Below are positions 1 through 12,690 of a stretch of 35,940 nt of DNA, in pieces. The stretch's first letter is position 1. The number at the start of each line of letters is the position of its first letter. Position numbers and translations under genes: made by a program. Origin of the DNA: Parvularia atlantis (lineage: Eukaryota). Location: positions 1-35,940 of the forward strand of contig CALSCO010000117.1 of the NCBI GenBank assembly GCA_943704415.1, in the 5' to 3' direction. The notes under the pieces are model-generated. The model did no database searches. It was not told the DNA's origin and was given only the letters and a program-made list of their open reading frames with translations.

Positions 1-11
1 GAAGCGCGCGC

Positions 12-101
<90 letters not shown>

Positions 102-2241
102 CCGCAACGTCAATCAGTGCGCGCACCTCCTCGAGCAGGATGGAGAAGAAGAGCGGATTGGCCGTCTGCGGCGAGCTGAGGATGCGCTCGCGCTCGTCGT
201 CGGACCACGGCTGCCGCGTCCGCAGCGCAAAGTCCTGCGCACGCGGCGCCACTTCAGCGCGTCGCGTCCGCGCACAGGTCCAGCCAGACGCACGGCCATC
301 ATCGCAATCTTCTCCTGCGGGATCAGCGCCGAGACGTCGAGCGTGCGGAACGGGTGGGTGCGTCCATGCGTGAGCGCGTTGATCGTGCTACCAGGGGCGC
401 ATGACGCCAGCACGGCGATCTCGTTGGTCGGCAGCAGCACGCTCAGCCACTTGCTCGGGTCGCCACCTGCGCTGGGGCGTCAAAGGCCGCTGCACGCACA
501 TGTGAACCTGCACAAGTTGCACCCTTCTCGGCGTCGTCGATCTCCAACGCGTCGATGCCGTCGAGCACGAGGATGACGCTCGCGCCGCGCTTGCAGGCCG
601 CGTCGAGCCACATGTGCACCTTGCGCACGAGCGACATGAATTCGGCCGGGACCTCGCCCGGCAGGTCGAACGAGCGCTTGAGCTCGTCGGCAAGGCGCCG
701 GAGCATGTTGGTGAGCGAGCGCGCCGAGTTGCTCGCGCCGACAAAGTGGCTGCGTAACGTGTGAGCAGGTGCCCGCCCAGCGTCCTTCGGCAGCACGCGC
801 ACCTGAAGACAAAGTGCCGCTTGCAGACCTCCATGTGGCGCACGATCCACTCGGCCAGGATGGCCGACTTGCCGCTGTCGGCAGAGCCAGTGACGACCAT
901 GGACTGCGCGCGCGCCCGCACCGTGAGCCGGCGTGGCGGGCGCTGCGGTGCAAACGTGCGAACCTGCGTGGCCGCACGTACAGACGGCGATTGCGGCGCG
1001 GCCGACGGCAGCGTGCACAGCTGCTGGTCGAGCAGGTCGTAGTAGTGCGAGCTGGGCAGCTTCACGCGCGAGCGCGAGTGCAGGTACGCTGCGCCGGCCG
1101 TGCTCAGCCGCGGCGGTGCGTAGCGGGTGAGAGACTGCGACAGCACCGTGGTGCAGCGAGTGCTCGATGTCAATCGTGTTGGGCTTGTTGCGCAGGTAGT
1201 GCCGGTCGACGTAGGCCATGAGCGTGCGCGTGAGCAGCTGGACGCGCGCGCACGGTAAGCAGCGTGCAACGTGCACCGAGGAGCGAGCGCACAGACCTGT
1301 GTGCCCTGGCGCGGGTCGAGGTAGTTGTCGAAGCAGATGGCCTTCCGCGACTTGGACAGGCGCAGGATTAGGTCGAAGCGCGCCTGATTGGCGTCCTCGT
1401 TCTCATTGGCAAAGCTGCGGCGGCCGTAAGCTCCGGCTGGGGCGGGTCAGTGGCGGTGTCGCACCCAGGCTCGCCGGCATCGGCGCGCACGCGGTCGAAG
1501 TCTGTCGAGCGAAAGAAGAAGAAGCCCGGGCGGGTGCCCTCGCGCAAGTGGCCGTGGAGCGCCTGCGTGGCGCGCGCGTGCCTCAACACGGGCGCGGCGT
1601 CGGGCTGCCACGGTCGTGTGCACCTCGATCTCTGTAAACGACGCCGAGCGCACGTCGCTCAGCCAGCCGAAGCGCGCCTCAGCCCGCTCGACGTTGCGGC
1701 GGAAGACGGCATCGTCGGGCGAGCCGCGCCAGCCGTAGTGCGCGCCGTACAGGCCCACGAAGAGGTCCGATGAGCCGATCTGGCGCAGGCACACGTCGAG
1801 CAGTGCGCCGCTGCGGTTGTGTGCGCGAGCACGCGTGAGGCTGAGGGAGTGAGCGGGTCGAGCAGTGCTCACCGCTGCGCAAGCGGGTGGGCGGGGGCGG
1901 CGTCGAGCAGGATGGGAACAAAGAGCACGCCGCGGTGCTCGCAGTAGCGCCGCAGCTGCGGGAAGACCGTGTCGACGAGCAGCGCGCGCTCGTCGCGCAT
2001 GCCGAGGGCCGCGGGCGGGCAGGCAAAGTAGACCTGGAGCCTACGCAGGCGCGTCTGCTCGCGTGGCGCGTGCGCTGCCGCTGCTGCTGCCGACACCGCT
2101 GCTGTGAGCGGCGTGCGGGCGCGCGCGAGACGAGGGGCTGCGCACGGTCCGCGTCGCTGTCGGCGCCGCCAGCCTTGAGCGGCATCGTCTCGACCTCGTC
2201 GTCGTCGTCGTCGTCGCCCTCGATTTCGTTGCCGTCCTGCC

Positions 2242-2284
<43 letters not shown>

Positions 2285-2842
2285 ATCATCGTCGGCCACC
2301 AGGCGTCGACCCAGCTGCAGCTTGACGCCGCGGCGCGAGGGCGGCGGCGCGGGAGCCGCGGGTGCGTCGGAGTCCGATGCGGCGCCGAAGGGCGACTGGA
2401 GGCGCGTGGGCGGCGTCGTCGGCACAAACATCGCCGCCGCAGCCGCGTCGCGCTCGGCCGCCTGCGCCGCGCTGTCCTTGCGCCGCAGCCCGCCTGGGCC
2501 GGGCGCCGCGCGTCCCGCTGCAGGTGCCGCACCACTGGCGCTGCCGCCGCCGCCGAGGGAGAACGAGGGCAGGTGGAGCGACGGCCGCGGCAGGCGCCGC
2601 AGCACGCTGCCCGCGCCGGCCGCGAACGAGCTGCGCGCCGCCGGTGCGTCGTCGGCCCCGCCGCTGCTGCTGGTGCGCTCGGCCAGCAGCTCGGCGGCGG
2701 CGCGGCTCAGACGCCGGTCGCCGGCACCGCTGCTGCTGCTGCCGCCACTGCCGCTGTTGCCGCCCGCCACGTCACGCCCCGCGCCGCCGCCGCCGCCGCC
2801 GCCGCCGCCGTCCGCGCCCAGCGTCGACGCGTTGGCCCCCAT
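1..2842 (-). CDS. DUF4062 + NACHT-like P-loop NTPase (TEP1/nephrocystin-3-like family); multi-exon, C-terminal part lies beyond the left edge
   Basis: Starts MGANAST at 2842, followed by a low-complexity Asp-rich N-terminus. DUF4062-like segment: MRDERALLVDTVFPQLRRYC...LLDVCLRQIGSSDLFVGLYGAHYGW...SFTEIE...FFFFR. Walker A VVTGSADSGKS (~870-900), Walker B VILVLDGIDAL (~545-580), then SSPQTANPLFLSILLEE before a GTGCGC donor near 126 whose intron runs off the window. Confidence 0.8.
14..100. repeat. Compound microsatellite (GT)n(GA)n inside an intron of the NTPase gene
   Basis: Direct reading: GT run to ~52, then GA run to 100. Confidence 0.95.
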
Positions 2843-2892
2843 CGACGGCCTTCCAGAAATAGAGTTGGTGACGGCTCCGTGGTGTTCCAGTG

Positions 2893-2898
<6 letters not shown>

Positions 2899-2953
<55 letters not shown>
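2899..2953. repeat. (CA)n microsatellite between the kinase stop and the NTPase start
   Basis: Direct reading. Confidence 0.95.
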
Positions 2954-2955
<2 letters not shown>

Positions 2956-2971
2956 CAGACCAAAGACGTCC

Positions 2972-5900
2972 TCACATCGGCACCGACGGCGCCGCCCCCG
3001 GCATGCCCTGCTGCTGCTGCTGCTTGAGCCACTCGCTGCGGCGCCGTGCGCACGGCATTTCAGCGTGACACGCGATGCGCCACGGCACCCGCGCACCTCA
3101 CGATCGACAGAACGGTCGTCGACGTCTGCAGCGTCCCGTCGTCGGCCGCGCGCTCGTCCGTGTACGACACCAGCACGCGCGCGTTCTTCGATTGCCGCAC
3201 CGCTGGCGCACCAACGTCAGCAGCACGCACACATGCGCGTGCGCGCCGCGCACAGGTCAGCGGAAGGCCGTTGCTGAACGTCTGCAGCAGCTGCGCGCGC
3301 GACACCGACCAGATGTCGAGCGTGTTGGACGTCGACACGGTCACGACCGCGTCCGAACCCAGGCTCACTGTAGGCGCACGTCAACACGTGCCAGCGCGCA
3401 TTGACAGTCGGTGTGCGACGCACTGACACTCTTTAGCGGCTCGCGCCACGTAAAGTTCTCGCCCAGCGGCCGCCCGTCCGAGTCGACGCGAGCGCCGTAG
3501 TCTGCGCGTGCGTCTCGCTGGGCAGCCACACATGCACACGCCCTAGTCCGCGCAGCGCACCGTCAAAGCACATCAGGAAGCGGTTCTTGCTCAGGTTGAT
3601 GACCGCGCGAGGGAACGATCCGCTCTGCACGTCCACCGCGTTGTCCAGCCGCACGGGCTGGCCCACGCCCGTCTCGATCTGGCGCCGCACCCGCTGTGAG
3701 TCACTAACCCAGCGAGCGCGCGGGCGGACGCACGTCGAAGATCTCAAAGTACGCCTGGTACGCGACAATGAGCTTGAGGCCGCCGTCGTCGTCCTCGTGC
3801 ACGGCCGTATCGACGTACGGCCGGTCGATGACGATGTCCTTGCGCGGCGCACCGTCAGCATCACGGCACGCCGGCGAGCGCACGGCGGCAGCGCTCAGGC
3901 CGGCGCGCACCTTGACCTTCTTGAAGCTGTTGAACGGGTGCGGCGCCCAGCGCATCAGGAGGATGTTCTTCGGCCGGTAGATCGACAGGAAGATGCTGTC
4001 GCCCAGGCGCTCTGAGGACACGCACGCCCCGTTGCCGTGTCAGTGTTGAGGCGGTGCGTCGTCCGTATGCGGGCGCACCGATCTTGAAGCGCTCGCACTT
4101 CTGCGAGTTTGGGATGCGCTTGGTCACCGTCTTGGCCTCGAACTTCTGCTGCCAGAGCGAGAAGCGGCGCATCTTGTGCTCGGACGAGACAAGCGGGATG
4201 AGGTCGTGTACGGACACGTACTGCTGCTTGCCTGGACGATCGCGGGCGTGAGCGTCGCGTTGCCATGTGGGCGGTCGCTCGCCCCGCCCCCCCGCACCCG
4301 AGATCGACAGCATGATGCAGATGTCCTCGAGGATGAGTACCTGCGTGAAGCGGCGCGGCGACATGTGAAGCAGCTGCGGCTTGTTCATGTCTGCCGGGGT
4401 GCGCACGCGCCACGGTGAGTGCTATGCATGTTTTTAGGCGCGCGGGCGACGTCACCCTGCAGGTCGACGCCCACCAGACCGTCCTCGCCGCCCAGAATGA
4501 GGATGTTCTCGCCCTCTAGCCGCGCGCGCACGCCTTCAGCGAGCCGTCACAGGGCGCCCGTGCGCGAAAACGCACCCCAGTAGTCGCCGCACAGGACGTC
4601 CTTGCGCAGCCGACACAGCTTGCTCATGTAGTACTGCGACTGCGGCGTCGTCGCCGGGCGCTCGCGCGGCTGCGGACGCCGTCAGCACGGCGATGCGCAC
4701 GCCAGTACGGACGCACGTTGCGCACGGCGAGCGACGCCTGTAGCGACCGCGCCAGCTGCTCGTCGCTCAGCAGCTGCTCGCTGCTGTTGGTCGGCGTGCC
4801 ACCGAGCCGCGGCGCCGCCTGGACCTGTGCCTTCGCCTCGGCCGCCTGGGCCCGCGAGTGAGCCAACGGTGCGCAGGTGCAGGCGCGTCGCACCTCCATG
4901 CGCTGCAGCCGGCGCGCAAGCTCCTCGTCGGCCTTGATTGTCTGTGTGCGCTGCTGCTCGAGCTTGAGCAGCTCCTGCAGGTTGTCGCCGTTGGACTCGA
5001 CTAGCACGTGCGCCACACGTGAGCGACGGACAGGGACGACACCGCGCGACACGCACGTGCTTCCCGCGTCGACGCCGCCGACAGCAGCAGGTCCACAGCG
5101 CGCTCCATGTTCATGCCCTGCACCGGCAGCGGTCAGCGCCGTGGACCGGAGGGGGTGTGCACGTGCGCGTTCACCGTCTCGTTGAGCGCCTCCATCCCCT
5201 CCTCGCGACTGAAGCCCATCAGCACGAGCTGCGTGATGAGCTCCTCCGGGATCGGCTTGGGCTTGTCCTGGGGCAGCTGGATCGGCCCGGGCACGCTCGA
5301 CGGCGGCCGCCGCACAATCGTCTCGGTCTTCTTCGGCGGGGCGCGAGTGATGGTGTCACTGGAGCTCTCCGATGCCGAGCGCCTGCGACGCGGGCGCGTA
5401 GTCAGCGCACACGGGCGCGGGTGGCGACGTGCTTGGCGGTCTCGTTGCTATTTGGCGTGCTGGCACTGGACGCCGGCGAGGGCTGCTCATCGTCGCTGTC
5501 GACGGCGGTGTCCTGACGCGGGCGACGGAGCGTGAGCAGCACCGGGCGGGGCGGCGCGTGGCGCGTGCACCGGCGACCCGCCCGCCGTGGCCGGCTTGGA
5601 CGAGCGGTCGATGATGTCCATGATGACCTTCTCTTTCTTTATCGCCAGGGTGGTGATAAACGGGTGCTGGCGAGCGCACGTGCCAGAGTAAGACCGAGCG
5701 CACGCTTGCGAGGCCCGACCGCTGCCTCGCCTCGCACCGTCAGCAGCGCCTTGGCGTCGGCGCGCTTCTTGGGGTTCTTGTTGAGGCACGCGTCGAGAAA
5801 CTTGTGGAAGTTGTCGGACCTTGGCCGGCGGCCGTGAGCTGTGCCGGACCACGCGCACACGGCGGCAGCGCACCACTTGGCCTTGTCGGTGAGCGTGGGC

Positions 5901-7189
5901 TGCTTGTGCTTGGGGATCATAAAGAGCGCGCGCATTGGGTGCAGATCGTACAGCGGCGGCGCGAGCTCGGCCATCTCGATAGCGGTGATACCGAGCGACC
6001 ACACGTCGCACTATGATCACAGCATGAGCGTGAGCGGACACGGCGACGCGGCTGCGCACGCACCCGCGAGTCGTACGCGACGTCTGTGTCCTCGGCCGAG
6101 ATAACCTCGGGCGCCATCCTACGCGCACGCAGCGTCGGCGGACGCGCACGGCACGCAGCACCGCACGCGCAGCGTACCAGTACGGGCTGCCAATGACGGT
6201 CTTGCGCTTGTTGAGCGTCTTGGTCAGCTGCGCGGAGACGCCAAAGTCGGCTGTGTGCGCGGTGGGTTGAGCGCGTGACGGAGGGCGCGCGTGACGGAGG
6301 GCACGCGGGCGCCGCACCGAGCTTGACGGCGCCGTCATGCGTCAGGAGCAGGTTGCCACCCTTGATGTCGCGGTGGATGAGCCCGGTCGAGTGCAGGTAC
6401 GCGAGGCCCTGATGTGTGGCTCGTCAGCGCGTGCGTGCGTGCGGGCGGGCGTGCCTGGAGCCCCTCGCGCATGACGGCCTGGATCTCGACCTCACTGAAG
6501 GGCTTCTGCGTGGCTGTGCGCGCGCGATGCGTGTCGTGGTCGGCAGCGGCGTAGGCGTGTGCGTGCTGCACGCGTGCGCACCCTTGTAGATGGCCTCGAC
6601 CGAGCCGCCGCCGCAGAACTCCATGCCGATCTGGCGCGCGCGCGCACAGTGCGGTGAGGTGGCGCGGCGCGGCGCGGCGCGGCGCGGCCCAGCGCGCACC
6701 CAGATCTGCGGCGCCTCGCCAATGACCTCGAGGCGGTAGCAGCCGTAGTACTTTACGATGTTTGTGTGGTTGCACTGCTTGAGGATCTCGACCTCGTTCA
6801 GCACCTCGTCCAGGTCCTCGCCGGGCTCGAGCGTGATGACCTTGACGGCAGCGACCTCGCCCGTGGCCTTGATGTTGGCCTGCGCGAGGGGCGACGGGTG
6901 GGTTGGTCACACGGCGCACGGCGGGCGGTGCAGCAGGCTGGCGCGCCTTGTAGACGTAGCCGTAGCTGCCGCTACCGACGCACTGCAGCAGCTCGAAGAC
7001 GTCGCCGGGCTTGGTGCCGACGCTGATGGTCTCTGCGGAGGGGGCGGGTGAGCGCGGCGCAACGGGCGACGGGCAGGGTGCGCAGGCGGGCGCACGGGGC
7101 GAGAGCGCGGCGGCGGCGGCGGCGCTGGACGGTGCGCCGGGGCCGGCCAGGGCCATGGGCGACGCGGGCGCCTTGCCCTTGGCGGCCAT
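2972..7189 (-). CDS. STE20/GCK-family (MAP4K-like) Ser/Thr kinase with UBA, two MIU/UIM-like helices and a C-terminal CNH domain; ~20 introns
   Basis: Spliced kinase motifs [93 protein letters not shown] (~5080-5250). Helices DEELARRLQ and [12 protein letters not shown]-like region ([52 protein letters not shown]). Last exon [20 protein letters not shown] ends at 2972. Confidence 0.88.
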
Positions 7190-7343
7190 GGGGCTGCGGG
7201 GTGGCGGGGCGGGCGGCGGCGGCGCGCGTCAGTCGCAGCAAGGAGGGACGGGGCGGCGCCCACGGGGTTGCGTCAAGCTGAACTCCCCGATTGCCGTGGC
7301 CGCGGACGCGCCTGGCTGGGCTGCGGCCGGTGCCAGCGTGGCC

Positions 7344-7345
<2 letters not shown>

Positions 7346-7388
<43 letters not shown>
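7346..7388. repeat. (CT)n microsatellite in the divergent kinase/TMF1 intergenic region
   Basis: Direct reading. Confidence 0.95.
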
Positions 7389-7391
<3 letters not shown>

Positions 7392-7499
7392 CTCTCTGTC
7401 GCTCTGTCTCTGTCTCCTACGCTCTCTCCCGCTCGGGCCCCGCACTCTCACTCGCCACACACTCACCTTCACACACCCACACACACAGGCGCACGCAGC

Positions 7500-10400
7500 A
7501 TGAGCTTCTTCGGCAACCTCGACAGCCTCGCCGCCTACGCGCAGACCGCCGTGACCCAGGTGCGCCACACGCCGCACGCCACGCGCCTCACACCGACGCC
7601 GCGCCACGCCACGCCCACGCCAGGTCGCGTCGCACGTCGAGAAGCGCATCGACCGCGTGCTCGACATCTCCGACACCGAGAACAACGAGGCACGCGCCGC
7701 CGCCGCCGCCCAGCGCGCCCTCAGTGCGTCGCGCGGCCGCCCTCGCCGCCCGCTCACGACAGACGCCACGCCGGCAGAGCGGTCCACGGCAACGCCCGAC
7801 CCGGCCGCCCTCCTCACGTCCTTCATCCTCGGCCCGGCTGATGCAGCAGCAGCAGCAGCAGCAGCACCCGCATCGTCGCCACGCGAGCGCCCGCCCACAC
7901 GCACGCCGCCGCCCGCCGCCACGGCTGCCGCTGCCGCTCTGGACAACGACCTCTTCGCAGCCCTGCCCGCCTCGCCCCTCAAGCCGGCCGACAGCGCCAC
8001 CGCAGCAGCAGCAGCGGATGCGCGATCGCCGCAGCGCAAGTCCGGCCGCACACGGCGCACGCCTTCCACTCCCGCAGCTGCACCCGCACCCGCACCAGCA
8101 CCGGTGGCCGCGCTTGCCGTTGATGCCGAGCCGGCACTCGCACCGGCACTCGAGCCCGCACCCAAGCCCGCACCCGAGCCGGCACCCGAGCCTGTGGCAC
8201 AACCAGCACCCGACGAGCCACCACAACAGCCGCCGCAGCCGCCGCAGGACGAGCGCGACCTGCTGCTTGAGCGCCTGGCACAGCGCGAGCGCCAGATCCT
8301 CACGCTCACTCAGGAGAACTCGTCACTCAACGAGTCGGTCGGCGGCCTGCGCCAGCTGCTGGAAGAGGTGCGACCCGGAGCAGCCGTGTACCAGCGCATC
8401 GCTGACACGTGCGCCACAAGCTTGAGCAATCGAGGGCGACGCCCGCCGGCGACGTGGAGGCGATGCGCGAGGAGTTTGCGCGCCGGCTGACCGAGACCGA
8501 GCGCAAGTTGCAGACGGTCATCAGGGTGCGCGCCGCCGCTCCGGCCGCGCTTGTGCCATTGCCTGAACCCGCACGCACGTCGCAGGAACGCGACCAGCTG
8601 CGCAGCAAGGCGGCCGGCGAGTCGAGCGACCTCGCCAGGTGTGCGGCCACGAAGCCGGCTCACAGCCTGACGACGTGCGACAACAGCGCGCTGCAGGCCA
8701 AGGACGACCAGCTGCGCGAGCGCGACGAGCAGATCCAGCAGCTGCGCGCCGAGGGCGAGAAGCTCGCGCTCGAGCAGGGCAAGAGCGCGAGCCAGATCAA
8801 GAAGCTGAAGCAGAGCGCCAAGGCACTGCGCTGATCGCTCTCGTCTTGCGTGCAGGCTGATGCGTGTGCGCCCGGTGCAGGATGCCGAGGCCAAGGCCGT
8901 CGCGCTGCAGACACAGCTCGACGAGGCCATGGCGCGCGTCGCCGTGATGCAGGAGGAGCTCAAGACGGCCGAGCGCTACAAAGAGTCGGGCGCCAAGGTG
9001 CAGCAGCTGAGCGAGGCGCAGGCCAAGCGCGTCGCCGAGCTCGAGCACCACCTGCACGAGTCGCGCGCGGCCGAGGCGGCAGTGCAGGTGCGTGTGTGTG
9101 CTATGTTGCGTGCTCAGCGATGGCTCACCTTGCGCGCGTAGGCCAATCTTCAGCGCGCCTTTGCCGAGCTGTCGGATATGCGCAAGGCGAATGCAGAGTC
9201 GGTTGCGGCGGCGCAGTCGGACGCTCTACTCAAGGAGATCCGCAAGAACGAGGTGCGTGAAGGCCGGCAGCAAGGCCAGCATCGCTTACGCGCTGGCGCA
9301 GGAGCTGCACTTGCGCATGGAGGCTGCGCTGCGCGAGGCCGAGGAGCGCGAGAGTGCGCTGCGCCATGACGTGCGCTGCTCTGTCTGCATGGTGCCGCGC
9401 ACGCCAACCGTGCCGCACCCGTGCCGCAGATCCTCGACCTGCGCGCGACGCTCACGCGCGTGGAGGACATGGCCGGGTGGCGCGAGGACAACTTGCGCCA
9501 GGAGATCATGGTGCAGCAGCCGGGGCTCGCACGGCTGCCAACGTTCGTTCTCACTCTCTTTCCACGCAGAATCTGCAGACGCGCTTGCAGGCGTCGGAAG
9601 CGCGCACAGAGGAGCTGCATGCGAGCGCCGAGGACGCGGCCGCCCCGCTCCTGCGCCAGCTGGAGGCGCTGCAGTCGCAGATGCTCGCCAACAGCAAGAA
9701 CTGGGCCGTGGTGGAGCAGAGGTGCGACGGCGTGCATTTGAGGGCGCAGTCTTGATGCGGCCGCGCGCGGGCCCAGTCTGACGGGGCAGGTTCAAAAGAC
9801 GCTGGAGGAGCGCAGCGATGCCGTCGAGAAAGAGCGCGCGGCCTCGCTGCGGCTGCTGGATACGGTGCGCGTGCGCTGCGCTGCTCGATTTGACGTTAAC
9901 ACCAGCCACAGACCGCGCGCCTTTCCAGCATTGAAGTGCAGCTGCAGACCAACCGCGAGGAGCGCGCCAAGCTCGTCGCTGAGCTGGAGGTGCGTGCGAT
10001 GAGCTCACCGGGGCTGCGCACTTGACGTGCTCTGCGCGAAAGCTGGCGCGCACCAGGGTCGAGGAGCTGGAGCACCGCCTCGCCGACGCCGACGCGCGGC
10101 TCGAGGCGCAGCGGCAGAGCCACATCCACGCGGCACAGGAGAGCAAGACGTCGTTCCAGACGTGCGCTCTCGCGGCGTGGTGCGGCATATGCGTGCCCTT
10201 AGACGCCGCGTCTGCAGCTTGCTGCGCGCACAACTGCAGGAGGAGCGCACGGTGTGGGAGCGCAGGGTGGCCGACCTCGAGACGCGGCTGCGCGACGCCC
10301 AGACAGCGCGAGATCACAGCGCGGCGGCGGCATTAGCGGCGGTAGCGGCGGGCACCAGCGGGAAACGCGCGGGAGACACGCGGCGCGGGACAAGCAACGG

Positions 10401-11023
10401 CCACGACGGCGGCGCGGCGTTTGAGCTGCCTAGGGGCGTGGCGGTGGCGCTAGGGGGCGGCTCGCACGCCATGCACGAGCTTGGCGAGGGGACGAACGGT
10501 GCCGGGCCGGGCCTGATCGTTGAGCGGCTGTCGGCGTCGCTCAAGGTCAAGGCGGCTGAGGTCGACACGCTGACGGAGCAGCTGAACGCACTGCGCACGG
10601 CGCGCGACGAGCTCGCCGAGGAGCTGCTGCGCATGACGCACACTTTGCAGCAAAAGTGCGTGTGACGGCGCGATCGACGCACGTGGCACTGACAGGCGCC
10701 TTGCAGGGAGCAGCAGGCGTCGCGCGTGCCGGCCCTTGAAGCGGCCGTCGACGAGCTCAACAAGCGGTGCGACGCACAGCGCAGTGACGGCCGCGGCTGA
10801 CGGAGCGGGGGCGGGGTGCGCACGCGCGGCAGATACATGGCCACGCTGGAGCTACTGGGCGCCAAGACGGAGGAGGTGGAGGAGCTGCGGGACGACCTGA
10901 CGGATGTGAAGGTTTGCGTGCACGCCACGGTTGCGGGACGGCTGACGCTTTGTCGGCGCGCAGGCGATCTTCCGCGAGCAGGTGACGGAGCTGCTCGGGC
11001 GGTTGGAGCGGCTGTCTGGGTGA
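7500..11023 (+). CDS. TMF1: TATA element modulatory factor 1 / Sgm1-like golgin; multi-exon coiled coil
   Basis: N-terminal MSFFGNLDSLAAYAQTAVTQ|VASHVEKRIDRVLDI. Central KDDQLRERDEQIQQLRAEGEKLALEQGK. C-terminal LIVERLSASLKVKAAEV...RDELAEELLRM...YMATLELLGAKTEEVEELRDDLTDVK|AIFREQV, matching the TMF C-terminal (TMF_TATA_bd) pattern. TGA at 11021-11023. Confidence 0.9.
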
Positions 11024-11124
11024 GTGAGGCGGTGTTGTGCAGTAGACGGCCAGGCAGCTTGCGAGAACGCTTGGGCTCTGGGATTCGCTGCGATCGGCCG
11101 CAACCGCACCATCTCGCGCGCTCG

Positions 11125-12227
11125 ATGGACGAGGCGGCGCAGACACACGCGTGGTGGGTGTGGTGGGCGCTCGCGGCGGCGCGGCAGGCGACGCGCGGCG
11201 TGCCGTGGCCGCGGGTGGCGCAGGCCGCGCTGGTGGCGGCGCTGGTGGCGGCGATCGCGGCAACGCTGTGGGCGACCGAGGCGAGCGCGCGGGTGCTGTA
11301 CGACCGGCGCGTGCTGGCGGCGCGGCGGGCGGTACGGGCGGCGTACGATCGGCTGGCGGTGCCGGCCGCGCGCGCGGCCTGGCGCGGCGTGGCCCGGCGC
11401 GACCACGTCGTGGCGCCGCTGGCGGCGGGTGCGCTGCTGGCGGCCGTGGTGCTCATGGCGCGGTGGCACGCGGCCGAGCTGCGCACAGCCAGCACCGCGG
11501 TGCGCGAGGGCGCAGTCGGGTGGCACGCGCACTGCGGCATGCTGCCGATCGAGGTCGTGCGGGGCGGGCCCGAGACGTACCAGGCCGTGCTCTGCGCCGT
11601 GGTCGACCTGCGCACGGGCGCGGCCACGCACGACCCCGTCGCGAGTGAGAACGACATCTTTGACCACCGCTGGGGCCGGCCCCTGCCGCACCCAACGCCC
11701 CCGCCCGAGCTGTTCATCGTCCCGCCCTCCCACGGCAACCCCGCCCGCCGCCGCGGCCTGCCGCTCCCGCTGCTCCGGCGCGCCGTCGACGCCGCCCAGG
11801 CCGAGTGGTGGGCCGCGCCCGCGCGCATCGACGTCACCTTCGCGCCCGAGCTGCACGCCGAAGCCCGCGGCACCGACCACGCGCTCGGCGTGCCCGGCTG
11901 CATCTCGCCGGCCGCGCGCGATGCCGACGTCGCCGCGGCGCTTCAGCGTGCGTCTGGCGGGCTTGGCATGGCCTGATGCGGCTGGCCTGTTGTCTCACTC
12001 TCTCTGCCGCTCGCCTGCCTGCCTGTCCGCCTGCCTGCCCGCCCGCCCGCCTGCCTGCCTGCCTGCCCGCCTGTCTGACAAACGCCCGCTGGACAGTCGG
12101 GCCGCAGGTCGACGTGCGCGCGCTCGAGACCGAGGTGCCGTGGATCGTGCGCGAAGCCTGGGACGACCTGCTCGAGCAGCTGATGTCGGTGGCGCGGCCA
12201 CACATCAAACGGCGGTCTTGGGGGTGA
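11125..12227 (+). CDS. Hypothetical membrane protein, 2 exons (intron ~11948-12097)
   Basis: ATG 11125 (MDEAAQTHAWW). Two hydrophobic stretches (AALVAALVAAIAATLWA; VVAPLAAGALLAAVVLMA). A GTGCGT...GACAG intron joins in frame to GPQVDVRALETEVPW...RRSWG*. No family recognised. Confidence 0.55.
12010..12072. repeat. Imperfect (GCCT/GCCC)n tetranucleotide repeat in an intron
   Basis: Direct reading. Confidence 0.85.
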
Positions 12228-12393
12228 CGGCGGCGCGGAACTGCGGCCGCGGCAAGGAGGAAGCGAGGACACAAATCTGCATGCATTGCAATCGCAATCG
12301 GCACGCGCCGCGCGCACCGCGACAATCGTGCAGGCCTACTGCAATCGACACACGTCACACGACACACACACACGTGCCACGCGCGCACGGCAC

Positions 12394-12615
12394 TCACAAC
12401 CCGCGCAGCTGCTCATTCGTCCGCTCGAGCTCGACCACCTGCCGCTCGAGCGCGTCATAGTCTCGCTGCAGCGCCACCAGCACACCCTGCAGCCGCCCGT
12501 GCTCGGCCGCCGTCTGTGTGCGCCGGGCCTGCAGCGCCGCGATCTCGCGCGCGTACTCGCCGGCGGGGCGTGCGCCCGCGACCGTCGCCGAGCCCCCACC
12601 AAAGTCCGCGTCCAT
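12394..12615 (-). CDS. Small coiled-coil protein, weakly reminiscent of SCOC/Slo1; 3' end uncertain and probably spliced further
   Basis: MDADFGGG...EYAREIAALQARR...LQRDYDALERQVVELERTNEQLR shows heptad periodicity. A GTGAGT donor follows near 12397. Divergent from SKI2 across 75 bp. Confidence 0.45.
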   Translation of the reverse strand: MDADFGGGSATVAGARPAGEYAREIAALQARRTQTAAEHGRLQGVLVALQRDYDALERQVVELERTNEQLRGL

Positions 12616-12690
12616 CCGGATCGGGATGCACAGGCAGGAGCAAACAGTGACAATCGCCGCCATCACCCCTCACACGACCGCGCCACGCGG

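Noticed and set aside
10314..11903. 529-aa minus ORF and similar long Arg/Ala/Pro-rich ORFs throughout the track (e.g. 6972-8309, 23737-25158)
   Set aside because: Expected from stop-codon scarcity at high GC. They overlap well-supported opposite-strand genes and show no motifs.
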